This document shows positions 1 through 12,027 of a stretch of DNA of 32,000 bases, in pieces. The stretch covers positions 15,111-47,110 of the forward strand of contig BAAFSQ010000063.1 of NCBI GenBank assembly GCA_054661495.1. The letters are read 5' to 3'. Each line of letters starts with the position of its first letter. Position 1 is the stretch's first letter. The notes under the pieces are model-generated. The model was given only the letters and a program-made list of their open reading frames with translations, had not been told where the DNA came from and did no database searches. The stretch is from Zygophlyctis sp. KS116 (Eukaryota; Fungi; Chytridiomycota). The translations under genes and the position numbers were made by a program.

Positions 1-1486
1 ACAGGATGTAGTTGATAAAGGATTTCCTGTACTTATCAAGGACTGTAGAAATCAAGATCTTCTTAATATGTATATTTTCTGTCAAAGAGTTAATGGATTG
101 GATCTTTTAAAAAGGAAATTTTCAGAATATATAAAGGTACGCTTTTCGAAAAGACATAATTTTATAGGCAACAGGGGAAGCATTTATTATGGATCAGGCT
201 CATGATCAAAATATGGTGCAAATGATTCTTTCTTTAAAGCAGCAAATGGATACAATTGTTAAAAAGTCTTTTGAAGGATCCATTGCCTTTTCAAACACTG
301 TCAAAGAGTCTTTTGAATCATTTATAAATAAGAGGGCGAATAAGCCAGCAGAAATGATTGCAAAGCATCTTGATAATCTTTTGAGAATGGTTAAGATTAC
401 AGATGAAGAAATGGAAACCTCTTTAGAGCAATGCTTGGCTCTATTCCGTTTTATTCAAGGAAAGGACATATTTGAGGCATTTTACAAGAAAGACTTGGCA
501 AAAAGATTACTCTTGAGTAAAAGTGCAAGTATTGATGCAGAGAAAAGTATGCTTTCAAAGTTAAAAAGTGGTATTCTTTAAATTTCAATAATTATAAGAA
601 TGCGGACCAGCTTTTACCATGAAGTTGGAAGGAATGTTTAAAGATATGGAAATTTCAAAGGATATAATGATGACTTTTAAACAAAATCCTCGTCATATTG
701 ACAAGATAGGATCTTTGGATCTCAATATTTTTATTTTAACTGATGGATATTGGCCAGATTACAGGAATATTCCACTTCAAATTCCTGAAATTTTAGTCAA
801 TGCTCAGGATGTTTTTAAAGAATATTATCTTGGAACGCATTCAGGGAGAAAGTTGACTTGGTTAAGTTCCTTGTGTCAATGTGTAATTAAAGCTGATTTT
901 CCAAAGGTAAAAATTCAAAAAGTGATTTAAAAGGGTAAAAAAGAACTTTCAATGTCTTTATTTCAGAGTGTAATTTTACTTCTGTTTAATGATAATACTA
1001 CATTGACTAGTATAGAAATTCAAAAACGGACAAATTTAGACTATTTAGAATTACAAAGGAATTTACTATCTTTATCATGCTCCAAAACCAGAATTCTACT
1101 CAAAGAACCTAAAGGATCTGTAATAGATCAATCTGATGTATTTTCTATAAACCCAAATTTCTCTAACCCACATTTCCGTATAAAAATCAATTCTATACAA
1201 ATTAAAGAAACTCCTCAGGAACAAATTGATACAACGGAAAAAGTGTTTCAAGACCGTATATATGTGATTGATGCAGCCATTGTCCGAATCATGAAAACTC
1301 GACAAACTTTATCTCATGAACTTTTAATAGCAGAATTATGCGATCAGCTTAAATTTAAAACCATGGTAATTAATTTTATTCTTAAAGTAGACTTCAAATT
1401 TAAAGAAACGCATTGAATCACTCATTGATCGAGATTATTTGGAGCGTGATTCCACAGACCCTAAACTGTACCACTATGTTGCATAA
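1..1486 (+). CDS. CUL4: Cullin-4-like E3 scaffold, 5'-truncated by the window edge; introns 137-167, 571-598, 907-933, 1366-1390
   Basis: Cullin motifs [26 protein letters not shown], neddylation motif [10 protein letters not shown] and C-terminal [17 protein letters not shown]. Removing the 25-31 nt GT-AG introns restores one frame. [13 protein letters not shown] plus [11 protein letters not shown] is CUL4-type. Confidence 0.88.
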
Positions 1487-1585
1487 AACCTAAAACTTGC
1501 TTTTGACCAAAAAATTGCCGATTTTCCCGAACGTGGATTTCATTGAGTTTTCTCCTAGTCTTAGACCTACTTACTGATTGTCCGA

Positions 1586-1870
1586 ATGGATTTACCAAAT
1601 CATTCATCTGAATTCATAACAGAACAGGAATCATTTTATTCCTCTAAAAATAAAAACACTGAGAGAAGGACGATGCAGAATAGAGCAGCGCAACGAGCCT
1701 TTAGAGCTAGAAAAGAGGCTTATATACAATCTTTAGAAACTCAGGTTGCGAGAGCAAATCTATTAATATCAGAGTTGGAATTGCAAGTAAAAACTCTCAA
1801 AGCACAATTACAAGTTTATCAATCAAATGGTAAAATTTATAAACTAACTCAAGATCAATCACGAGATTAG
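1586..1870 (+). CDS. Small AP-1/YAP-like bZIP transcription factor; possible in-frame intron 1830-1853
   Basis: Basic region RRTMQNRAAQRAFRARKE followed by a leucine heptad repeat. Confidence 0.85.
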   Translation: MDLPNHSSEFITEQESFYSSKNKNTERRTMQNRAAQRAFRARKEAYIQSLETQVARANLLISELELQVKTLKAQLQVYQSNGKIYKLTQDQSRD

Positions 1871-1949
1871 ATTTTTAATATTAAAGAAAGATTTTGTTTG
1901 TAATCTTTTGTTGAGATCCCTAAGAGTGGTTGTATTAACCACTACGCTG

Positions 1950-1988
1950 GCGCAAAACGCGAAAACACAAAACGCGAAACGCCAAAAA
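1950..1988. promoter_or_regulatory. Cluster of ACGCGAAA (SCB/MCB/E2F-like) motifs upstream of TBCD
   Basis: ACGCGAAAA at 1957-1965 and ACGCGAAAC at 1972-1980, in otherwise CpG-poor DNA. Confidence 0.5.
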
Positions 1989-1998
1989 CTGGACTAAA

Positions 1999-4900
1999 AT
2001 GGACGATTACTTTGCTGAGCACTTACTCTTTCTTGAGAAACTAGAAATAGTATTGCAGACTCAGGATGAGAAAGGGCTTGAATGGATAAATACTACAATA
2101 GACAAATATCAGGAAAATCCAGCGCTTTTGGATCCGCACTTAACCAAGATTACGACGCCGTTGGTGCAGGCGATTAAAAAGTTGGATGACGCTAATAGTG
2201 TTCCTTTTAAAATATTATACTCTCTATGTAAGACAAGGGGGTATAAAACGATTCTAAAATTCTTTTCGCATTCAGTCTGTGATTTAGAACCAGTCTTGGA
2301 ATTTACTCAGAGCTTGAAAGCTGATGTAGACTGGGAAGTTACCTATATATGCTTACTTTGGTTATCTCTGATTATTTTGATTCCTTTTGATCTAAAGAAA
2401 ATTGACTCACAGGATCAGAAAATTTCAATGACTGAGAGAATATTAAGTTTATCTAGAAATAATATGAATCAAGTTGGGCGCATATATGAAGCTGCTGCTA
2501 ATTTATGGATGAGATCTCTGTCGAGGCATGATGTTGCAAATATATATCTAGAAAGAGAAATGGATTGGGCATGGGATCTATTACAAACGTCTGAAAATAT
2601 GTTTGAATTACGTGGAGTATTAACTGGATTATGTATGATTTATAAATCAGCAAATAGAAATGTAATGTTGAAATCTCTCTCCAAATCACATATTTGCTTT
2701 CAAGTTTTTGATAAATCTATCTTTCAAAATAATTCTCTCTTGAGGAAATTATTGGTAAAATTGGTTCAAAGGGTAGGCCTGGTTTATATGAGGCCTAGAA
2801 TCGCTTCATGGAGATATAAAAGAGGTCATCGTTCATTACAAGAAAATTTGGCTCCTTCTCAGAATGTTAAAGAGTCTAAAGTTGAAAATATTGAAGATAA
2901 TTATGATGATATACCAGAGGTTTTAGAGGATATATTAGATTTATTGTTAAATTCATGTAATGATAAGGATACGGTAGTAAGATGGAGTGCTGCAAAGGGG
3001 ATTGGGAGGATTACAAATAGATTACCAAAAGATCTTGCCGATGATGTTTTAGTTTCTGTTATTTCACAATTGGAGGAAGATGCTGCTGAAAATGGGTTAC
3101 AGGCTGCTTCTGATTCAACTTGGCATGGTGCTTGTTTAGCCTTGGCTGAATTATCTAGAAGAGGCCTGCTGTTGCCAGAGAGATTAAAAGATATTATGCC
3201 CCTAGTAATTATGGCTTTGACTTTTGATCAAAGAAAAGGAAGTCATTCTATTGGAGCTCATGTGAGAGATTCTGCTTGTTATGTTTGCTGGGCTTTTGCA
3301 AGAGCTTATGAGCCTGCGGTTATGCGGCCTTTTGTTGATCAACTGGCTGAATCCTTGGTGATACTTAGCGTCTTTGACAGAGAAGTGAATATCAGACGTG
3401 CTAGCTCAGCGGCGTTTCAGGAAAATGTGGGAAGGCAGGGCACTTTTCCACACGGAATAGCAATTCTAACAGCAGCTGATTATTTTACGATTGGAAATAG
3501 GTCAAAAGCATTTTTAGATGTCTCCATTGAAATTGCTCAGTAAATTCAGCCAATTATTTTTAATATTTAGATTCCCCAATTATCGAAAAAGAATGATTGA
3601 TTACTTGGTAAATATATCTAGTCGACATTGGGATAAAGGTGTTCGTGAGTTATCCTCTCAGGCATTATTCAAGTTCACTATTATTGATCCAAATTATATG
3701 ATAGAATATGTAATAGACAAGCTGGTTTTGGGGGTTAAAAACTCAGACTTGGTGATCAGACACGGATCGCTGCTAGCTATAGGTGAAATTGCTAGAGCTC
3801 TTGCGAAAGAAACTATACAGGAACACCCTCATCTTGTTGAACTAATCGGTGAACTTCTACTGGACTATCCTGTTGAGTACTTGGAATGCTTTGGGTCCGA
3901 TTTGAATAGATTTGCTATTTGCCGCTACATAGAATGCTTGGCCGAAGCTAATTGGCCAATTAATAAACCTTTATTCTCTGCTTGGATGAATATGCTCGAA
4001 ACATCGCTAGGAAAGAAAGATGGATCGTTGCAAATTCAATCCGCTCAAGCAATAGGAGCGATCAGTGTGTCATATGGTCTTGATGATGTTCTTTTAGAGC
4101 ATTTTTTGAAATCTGCGAGTACGTCTGATCAGTTATTGGGCCGCCGCGGTTATTCATTGGTAATTGGTGAATTATCACCAAAATTAATGGAATCACATCC
4201 GTCAGAGATTCTAGACAGTATATCCAAGGCTTCGCAAATATTGGTATGGTTTATTTTCAATTTTTATATTTACATAGAATGTTTCTAGTCTAAATGATGT
4301 GGAAACTAGAAAAAATGCGTTAAATTCTCTGACTAAATTCTTGACGAAGGGAAATAATTATCCAAAATCAATTTATACATTAGGACTTGACATATTTTTA
4401 AACAGCTTTGAAGATTACACGATTGATGCCCGAGGTGATGTTGGATCTTGGGTACGAGAGGCTAGTATGAAAGGGGTCGAGAATATCTTATTTAGTGAAT
4501 CCATGAAAGGCAATACTCTTGATTATCTTTCAAAAGAAGAGAAAAATGATTTTTCTAGAAAGCTGATTTGCAAACTGTCTCGTCAAAGTGTGGAGCGCAT
4601 TGATCGAGTGAGAGATGTCGCTGGCCGATTGCTTCACCGTATCTTGTGGTGCCACGAAAGCTTTCCTGTAAATAGAAAGGCAGAGTTGCAAGGTATCATT
4701 CCAGAGTATTTCTTTTCAGTAGCCTTATTATTAGGAATTTGGAAATATCATGGCTTAATCCCTCTGAAGTTTTTCCTGTAATGATACGCATGGTCGATTT
4801 AGAAGAATACAGACTTGACTTTTATACCGGAATGGTGGCCTCAATGGGTGGTATTGCTGAAACTCTTGTAATTTGTTGTTTTAAAGTGTATTTTAGGTTA

Positions 4901-5490
4901 AAAATGCCTGTAGTGGTCTATTAGATTATCTTGCAAAATCTAAATCACGAGTAGAATCATTTCTAGAAAATCTTATTATCATATACCAAACATACGAGCA
5001 ATTTGATCGGATATCTATTCCATATCTTGAAGTTTTGGATATATTTTTGGGAAGCCCTTCTCTAATTTTCTCTGAACATGCTAAATTGTATGATAAATTG
5101 GTTGATATTGTCCAAAAGATTGCATTTAAGAGCCGTGACGTGAAAAAACTAAAAGCAGCTATCAAAGTATATTCTAACCTTGCAAGTTTAGAGCCTTCAA
5201 ATGGATTTGAGAGTCTTGTTTCAATCTCTACAAAAAAATTGGTTGGATATCTTTCTCATCCTTTTCCTCTAGGTAATATTTATGTATAATATAATATTAG
5301 TACGCCGAATGTCATCTGAATACCTACATATGGCGATTAGTTCACGCTGTATCGATGAAACAGTTGAATTTGGAGAGGTAGAAGAGTTGCTTTTGAATAC
5401 TGATTGGTATATTGAACTTTATTTAAAATTAGGGATGGCCCTCTTTCAGGAATCAAATCTGTAAAGGAGCAAATATCATTAAGAATGTAA
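1999..5490 (+). CDS. TBCD: Tubulin-specific chaperone D (multi-exon)
   Basis: Motifs KTRGYKTI, DTVVRWSAAKGIGR, WHGACLALAEL, VRDSACYVCWAFARAY, FDREVNIRRASSAAFQENVGRQG and DYTIDARGDVGSWVR. Exons are joined across short introns (e.g. 3540-3570); stop TAA at 5488-5490. Confidence 0.93.
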
Positions 5491-5493
5491 AAG

Positions 5494-6168
5494 TTAAATA
5501 CATGATTTTTTTATTTCATATTGCCCAATAATTCTTCCATTCTTATCTCTATGAACAAAATTCCAATTTCCATCATCTGCTTGAATGTAGTAATTTGAGT
5601 ATCTAAAATGTCCTAAATTTGAATCTGTCCGCTTTGGTAAGGATAATGCAGATTCAATTAATGTGCCCGAATTTTCAGAGTCCGAATCACTTCCGGACTC
5701 AGTTTGATCCTCTGGAATTGAGAATTGTTTTTTGCGATTAAAAGAAAATCCAGATGTAACGGATCGTTTTAGTTGCATCCCTGGAAGTACCCAATCAGTT
5801 TTAAGTTTTTGATTTGGAATAACAGGATTTTCAGAATTTTTAAACGATTGGAGCTTTTTAATTGAATTTTTCCAGTTGAGCCATTTGGGCTTTTGGTGCA
5901 ATGGAATCCATTGACTTCTCGGCGGAACAACAATTGGCGTGTCCGCTGCTTTCTTCAAGTATTGAGGATATTGGGTACTCTTTACATTTATAGAATGCAC
6001 CTGTAGATCATAATGCCCATAATAAGCAGAGTCCATACTATTGGCCGTGTCAGTATCGGACACGTTTCTAGAGCGAAACTTCAAATCTTGCACCTCCTGA
6101 TAATGATTAATATCTGAATTCTTTGCATTTTCCCATCTTCCAGTTGAAATGCTAGAGAATTTCAGCAT
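5494..6168 (-). CDS. Hypothetical protein (~224 aa, first ATG at 6168)
   Basis: Long uninterrupted ORF filling the gap between two genes; no family recognised. Confidence 0.6.
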   Translation of the reverse strand: MLKFSSISTGRWENAKNSDINHYQEVQDLKFRSRNVSDTDTANSMDSAYYGHYDLQVHSINVKSTQYPQYLKKAADTPIVVPPRSQWIPLHQKPKWLNWKNSIKKLQSFKNSENPVIPNQKLKTDWVLPGMQLKRSVTSGFSFNRKKQFSIPEDQTESGSDSDSENSGTLIESALSLPKRTDSNLGHFRYSNYYIQADDGNWNFVHRDKNGRIIGQYEIKKSCI

Positions 6169-6280
6169 GAAAGAGTGTATGCAGTAGATTTGATTCCGAG
6201 TCTGAAAGAAATTTATCAAAACGCTGTCGGCGCTTGTAGATTTTGATCTAAAAACTTGACTTTTCCCACCATAGGTATAA

Positions 6281-7346
6281 ATGACATTCTTTCGCACTAT
6301 TGCATTTTTATTATTGCTAACGATCACTAGTATCGGGATCCAAATATGTCAATATCCAAGTCTGCTGTTGCAAACAACTGCTTCATTAAGAAAACTGTAT
6401 AAGTGGTATCATGTGCAAACACAGCAATCTTTTGCTTCTCTGATCCTGATCATTACTTGGATTTTTAGTCCGATATCTATTGTTCTCTCTGGGGACTATG
6501 ATTCATTAAGATCCACTCATTGTGTCTTGATTGCAAACCATCAGATATACACTGACTGGTGGTATATTTGGATCCTCGCATGTCAGCATGGATTTGGAGG
6601 GAATATTAAAATCATACTCAAACATGAGTTATGTAACATTCCAATATTTGGTTGGGGAATGCAGTTTTTTGAATTTATATTTCTAAGGAGAAAATGGGCT
6701 CATGATAAACCAGTTTTGATATCTTGTCTGGAAAAGGCAAGATCAGATGGGAATCCAATTTGGCTTTTACTTTTTCCAGGTATCTAAAGAGTGCTAAGTT
6801 TTAGAAGGGACTAATATTACGCCCGGGACTCGTCAAAAAACGTTGGGATATGCAGCTTCAAAAGGAATAACTAAAATTCCTCGTCATTTGCTGATTCCTA
6901 GATCTACAGGGCTATATACATCTTTAGAAGAGCTCGGAAAAAATGATTTTGTTACTGATCTTATAGATATTACGATTGGTTACGATAGAGTAAAAGCTCA
7001 CGATTGTCCTCAATATAAATATCCTATACTTGATGTTTTCTTTAAAGGCACTGGACCTAAAGTAGTCTATTTACATATTTCATCTTTCAAAGTTACAGAA
7101 ATTATGGGTTTTGATGAGACAAGGAAAAAAGATGTATTTGATGGATGGCTTCAAGAGTGGTATTTGAATCAAAAAGATAATGATTTGGATTCTTTTTATA
7201 CAAAGGGAACTTTTGGAACGGATAAGGATATAAAGATTTTCAAGCCAATACCAAAATGGCATGATTGGCTTCGGGTTACTTTTTTCTCATGGATTGCAAT
7301 CAAATTTATGATACTATTAATCAACAAATCCTTTATTCGTTATTAA
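6281..7346 (+). CDS. PlsC-family lysophospholipid acyltransferase (LCLAT1/Cst26-like); intron 6780-6804
   Basis: Catalytic NHQIYTDW (HxxxxD), FIFLRRKW, FPEGT (formed by splicing the 25-nt intron) and LIPR. Confidence 0.9.
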
Positions 7347-7381
7347 ACTCTCCATATTCCCTGGTAAAGCAACGTCTCCTA

Positions 7382-8830
7382 TTAAGATTTAAAAGCTGCA
7401 TACGACTTATAAAAGTAGGCTGCCGGGTATCTGAAATTCATCTGGGTTGGGCATTGATACTTTTTAATAAGATTAAGAGCCATTTCTTTTGGACCTTTCT
7501 TTATAGATATATCCATGGACATGACTGACAAATCAGTCCATTTGTTTACAGGTTTACGTATAGACTTATTATCCTTCTTTTGAGAAGCCAAAACTGATAA
7601 ATATTGAGTTAATTTGCCTCCTTCAGACTCTATTGCAAAAGATACTTCATGATTTGCACCTGTTCCCATATAAATTTTGAGATCCTGTTTAGGAAACATG
7701 TTTACAATTTCATCCAAAACCAACTTGAGTACTTTTAAAGACATATCAAAACACGCCTTGGCTATTTCTGAACTACCATATAACCATTCATCTAATTTTT
7801 CCTGAGAAAAGTATTGAAATCCAAAAATTAAAGAAGAATTATGATAAGCAATTAAAATCCCATCCATATTTCCAATTCTAGACTGTAAGCCATACTTCAA
7901 AAGTGCTGATCTTAGCAAATCATAATCTTCCCTTTCAAAAGATTCATAGAAGCCCTTGAATTTATCAATATGATAATCTCGTGAATAATCTACATTTTGA
8001 GTTAGCCTTAGAGCAGAAACAGCCCTTGTTTTCAAATCAAAAGTTCTCCTTGGTAAATCCGGATTGATGCAATCCAGTTGAGCTCTAAGTAAGAAACCAT
8101 AAATCTCTGAATAATGATATGATAGATCTTCTGGGCCATCATTATTCTGCTTTGGATCCCCCCCTAAAACATCTTTTGGAAAACTAAAAGGTTGACAAGG
8201 TTGTGACAATGATTCAGAGTTTACATTATTAATCTGTGGATCAAAGAGATAAGTTTCATATTCCTCTGGAGAACTAGTCAAGAATTTTTCCAGAGAATGT
8301 CCAATTTCCGATAAAATTGTAGAATGAGACTTTTGACCTTGATCGATCCCATAAATATTTAGATCAGAATCATACTTTAGATCTATAATCTGTATTTTTG
8401 AGAAACTTGCTACAAATTTTTGCGAATGCGTTTGAAGTTCCTCTGAAAATCTACTTGTATTCAATCTCCAATCAGACCAAGAATATTGCAAAATTTGTAA
8501 AATCTGAGTTATTGAAGATGTAGATGCAAAATATTTACAATTATTTTTGATCGCTGCAGCTTTTAATCTTACATCTTGAGAAGGTTTAATGAATCCTGAC
8601 AATTTCGAAGTATCAAAGTTATTACTCTTTGAGATGTCATACAGCCGACGGTCCAAATTGAACTTTAGGGTTTCTGGATTTCGCACAAAATGAGCTCTCG
8701 ATTGATCTTTAAAGACTTTACTTAGATCATAACTTAACTTTGGAACTTTTAAATCTGACAGTTTCGAAATGATTTTAAACGGAGGAGATTCAGAGAATGG
8801 CAGGTTTGCAGACTTTAAGATTTTTGACAT
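7382..8830 (-). CDS. PET127: Mitochondrial RNA 5'-processing nuclease Pet127
   Basis: STSSIT, LLRAQLDC..P.LP..TFDLKTRAV, SFEREDYDLLRSALLKYGLQSRIGNMDGILIAYHN. The start is uncertain. Confidence 0.85.
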   Translation of the reverse strand: MSKILKSANLPFSESPPFKIISKLSDLKVPKLSYDLSKVFKDQSRAHFVRNPETLKFNLDRRLYDISKSNNFDTSKLSGFIKPSQDVRLKAAAIKNNCKYFASTSSITQILQILQYSWSDWRLNTSRFSEELQTHSQKFVASFSKIQIIDLKYDSDLNIYGIDQGQKSHSTILSEIGHSLEKFLTSSPEEYETYLFDPQINNVNSESLSQPCQPFSFPKDVLGGDPKQNNDGPEDLSYHYSEIYGFLLRAQLDCINPDLPRRTFDLKTRAVSALRLTQNVDYSRDYHIDKFKGFYESFEREDYDLLRSALLKYGLQSRIGNMDGILIAYHNSSLIFGFQYFSQEKLDEWLYGSSEIAKACFDMSLKVLKLVLDEIVNMFPKQDLKIYMGTGANHEVSFAIESEGGKLTQYLSVLASQKKDNKSIRKPVNKWTDLSVMSMDISIKKGPKEMALNLIKKYQCPTQMNFRYPAAYFYKSYAAFKS

Positions 8831-9009
8831 TTCGACAGTACCAGTTTTAGGTTTAGATTTACAAATGTAAACTTGTACGTTGAGCCGTCAGAGTTAACTT
8901 GATGTGTTTTTATATTAGTTGGTAGAGTGTCAGTACAGTTTACAAATGTCCAAATGGAATAAAGGGAAGTCTTACTATCAAACCTCACCCGCAAATTGCA
9001 AGATGCAAG

Positions 9010-9056
9010 ACGCAAACGCGTGACGCGAACAACGCGAAAAAACAAAAAAACGCGTC
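9010..9056. promoter_or_regulatory. Four MCB/SCB-like CGCG boxes in the divergent PET127/SCS-beta promoter
   Basis: ACGCGT 9016-9021, ACGCGAA 9023-9029, ACGCGAAAA 9032-9040 and ACGCGT 9050-9055. Confidence 0.55.
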
Positions 9057-9064
9057 AAGAAAAA

Positions 9065-10496
9065 ATGATCAAATGGTCCAAGAGGTTTTTATCAATTCAT
9101 GAGTATCTTTCAATGAATCTATTAAAAGAGGCAAAGATTCCCATACCTCGTGGGTATGTCGCAAAGACGGTCCAAGAAGCAACTGATGCTGCTAAAGCGA
9201 TTGGAGGAAATGATCTAGTCATCAAGGCTCAAGTCCTCGCCGGAGGAAGAGGAAAAGGACATTTTGATTCTGGACTAAAAGGGGGAGTAAAGGTTGTTCA
9301 TGCGTAAGTCTAAATTATCTTTAAAAATCAAGCGCCAATGAAATTCCTTATTTGGCTTCGAAAATGTTGGGGTCTAAATTATTCTCAAAGCAAACAGGAC
9401 CTCAAGGGAGACGATGCGATTCGGTAATTCGAATGATTTCTAATTATAGGTCTTTGTCGTTGAAAGAAAGTATGTTCGAAGAGAATATTATTTTGCAATT
9501 CTTTTGGATAGAGCTACTCAAGGTCCGGTTTTGGTAGGTTCACAGTTCGGAGGGATGGATATAGAAACTGTTGCTGCTGAAAATCCTGATGCTATTCATA
9601 CTTTATCAGTAGATATTAGAAAGGGGTTGGATTTAGAAGATGCAAAGCAATTGGCAAAAGATATTGGGTTCACAGGAGATACAATCGATGATGTATTCTT
9701 TGAAATATTTATTTGAATTAGGCAGCTGCTACATTTTTGAAATTATACAATCTTTTTGTACAAAAAGATGCTACATTGATAGAAATTAATCCATTGGCAG
9801 AAGTTAAGAATGATGATGGTTCAATCTCTGGTATATTAAAAAAATTAATTATAAAGTCATGTGTATGGATGCAAAGTTTGGGTTTGATGATAACGCAGAT
9901 TTTAGGCAGAAACCAATTTTTGCTTTACGGGATACAAATCAGGAAGATGTTAGAGAAGTTCAAGCAGCTAAATGGAATTTGAATTATATTGGATTAGATG
10001 GAACTATTGGTTGTTTGGGTGAGTTGTATTTTTTTTTAATTTTTAGTAAACGGGGCTGGTTTAGCTATGGCTACAATGGATATTATTAAGCTTCACGGTG
10101 GTGATCCTGCCAACTTCTTGGATGTTGGAGGTGGTGCTAATGCTCAACAAGTTACTGAGGCTTTCAAAATCATTTCTTCTGATCCAAGAGTATGATTATT
10201 AAAAATAATTCTAGGTTTCAGCAATTTTAGTTAATATTTTTGGTGGAATTATGCGATGTGATGTGATTGCTCAAGGTATAATCGCTGCTGCAAGTCAACT
10301 AGATCTACAAATTCCACTGATTGTTAGACTTCAAGGAACTCAAGTAGATGCAGCTAAGAAGCTGATTAAAGAATCCGGACTACGAATGTTTTCAATTGAT
10401 GACTTAGACCTTGCAGCTACAAAGGCTGTTCAGTTGAGTAAAATCGTAGAAATGGGCAGACAGGCAAACGTCAGAGTTAGATTTGAAAACGCTTAG
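9065..10496 (+). CDS. LSC2: Succinyl-CoA ligase beta subunit, mitochondrial (multi-exon)
   Basis: [60 protein letters not shown] and [13 protein letters not shown]; short presequence. Confidence 0.95.
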
Positions 10497-10533
10497 AAAA
10501 TTTAAAAAACTATTTCTCTATGCTTTATAGTAT

Positions 10534-11609
10534 TCAATCAAGAGCATTTTCAGGAGAAAAGAGACAGAGTATATCTGTTATTGAGACTACACCAACAGGT
10601 TCATCATTGTCATTGGTAATCCAAACTCTATGAATGCGACTGTCAAGAATCATTTGAACAATTTCATCTAAAGGAGTATCAGGCTTTGCAGTTCTTAATT
10701 GATCCGGCAATAATCCACCATTTCTTTCTCTACTGTTTGTCTCCAAGAATTCATATACTGGAAGAAGTAATGAATCTACATTTCCATGATGAAGACCACG
10801 GAGATCAGAAGCGGATAGATTTGATATAATTCGACCATCCTTATCTACTACCGCAATAGAATTTTTGCGATGTAAAAACATTAGCCTATATGCCACCAAT
10901 GCCTCCATATCCTGGGCACAAGTCAAAACCTCAGAGTTTATCTCATTATTTGATCTCCTCCAGCCAAGTTCACTTACTTCCAATGCCAAAGTTTTGCATT
11001 CAATACTTAGAGATTTCCATATATACCTTAATAGGTCTGTTTGAGTCAGAATCACGATTGAACTGCCACTTAAAGAAGCATCTTCTGAATCACGATCCAG
11101 CAATTCCTCATCAATTACCAGCAACCTATGGTATTCAGCATCCGTAAAAATAGCTAATAGCGATGATACATAGTCACTAGACTTGAGCATCCAATCTGCA
11201 ACTGATTCACGGGTCCTTCCAACCAATTTCTTGACTGGAGTATCAAAGAATGAATTCTCCTGATTCACAGAATCTAGATGAAACTTTATCTGCTCTCTTC
11301 TAGTATCCTTTTCCCTAACAGATGAGATCTAGATTGTTAAACATACAAGATATCAAATATCTGCTGAAACACTGTAAACGATAGAATATCAAAGGAAGAT
11401 ACAATACCAGTGAATTCTTTACCTCCTCCTTCAAGATTCTTGTAAACGGGAACTGAAAGAATTCTTTCTTCCCTTAAAGTCATCAATACCATTCCCAAGC
11501 TAGTATCCTCATGCACAGAGATCAATGGTTGTATTCCAGATTCATATCGTCTGAAGGCTATTACAGATCCAATGCTGAGAGAAGAAAGACTGGGTTCTGT
11601 TGATATCAT
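10534..11609 (-). CDS. Multi-CBS-domain protein (AMPK-gamma/Sds23-like), left paralog; intron 11315-11346
   Basis: CBS signatures ILSVPVY..GIVSSFDIL, HRLLVID, SNLSASDLRGL and IHRVWITN..PVGVVSITDIL. Confidence 0.85.
10568..10893 (-). repeat. Inverted repeat arm B (326 bp), partner 18264-18589
   Basis: Reverse complement aligns without gaps; a handful of mismatches lie on the side facing the variable middle. Confidence 0.93.
11156..11609 (-). repeat. Inverted repeat arm A (454 bp), partner 17512-17965
   Basis: Reverse complement matches the partner with one substitution by manual comparison, including the 32-nt intron. Confidence 0.95.
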
Positions 11610-11851
11610 TACAAATTTTCTGAAATTATGAGTCAGTTGATTCTATAGAATTTAAAATTATGATCGTATTGGATGGCATTGAATTATTTATACATACAAT
11701 GGCATATCTATCATCGGATCAGTTGGATCAGCCATGCCGCTATTGAGCGCCTCCTCTAAATCATGTTTATCGAATCATTTACATATATTTTACTGCTAGC
11801 AGTTTACATTAGACCATCAACAGTTTTTGCCCAAGATTCATCAGTATCCTC
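11581..11851 (+). repeat. Direct repeat copy 1 (271 bp), partner 13115-13390
   Basis: Manual alignment shows about 8 substitutions plus 2-nt and 3-nt indels. The unit holds the first 29 nt of the CBS gene, the intergenic promoter and the start of the membrane-protein gene. Confidence 0.95.
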
Positions 11852-11855
11852 ATGA
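11763..11855 (+). pseudogene. Truncated copy (30 codons, signal peptide only) of the 13299 membrane-protein gene
   Basis: MFIESFTYILLLAVYIRPSTVFAQDSSVSS* versus MFIIESFTYILLLAVCIVPSTVFAQDSSVSS; the stop falls at the repeat junction. Confidence 0.85.
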
Positions 11856-12027
11856 TTGCATTTATTAATGGACTTATGAATCTTTAGATTCAAAGTGTGT
11901 CAGTAGATCACCGGAAGGAAAATACGGTTGATCCGTGCATAATGCATTGTAAATAAATATAGTTTGTATTTATTATGTACTATTTATACGCTACCTTTTC
12001 GGATTTATCACCCTACGCAATAATCAT

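Noticed and set aside
189-5464. Fragmented ORFs suggesting pseudogenes, frameshifting or an alternative genetic code
   Set aside because: The breaks I traced are explained by short GT-AG introns that restore conserved motifs. TAA, TAG and TGA all serve as real stops.
8815-9064. Arg-rich ORF starts (8815-9045 minus; 8996 plus extension)
   Set aside because: They have non-ATG starts, and the Arg richness derives from the CGCG promoter motifs.
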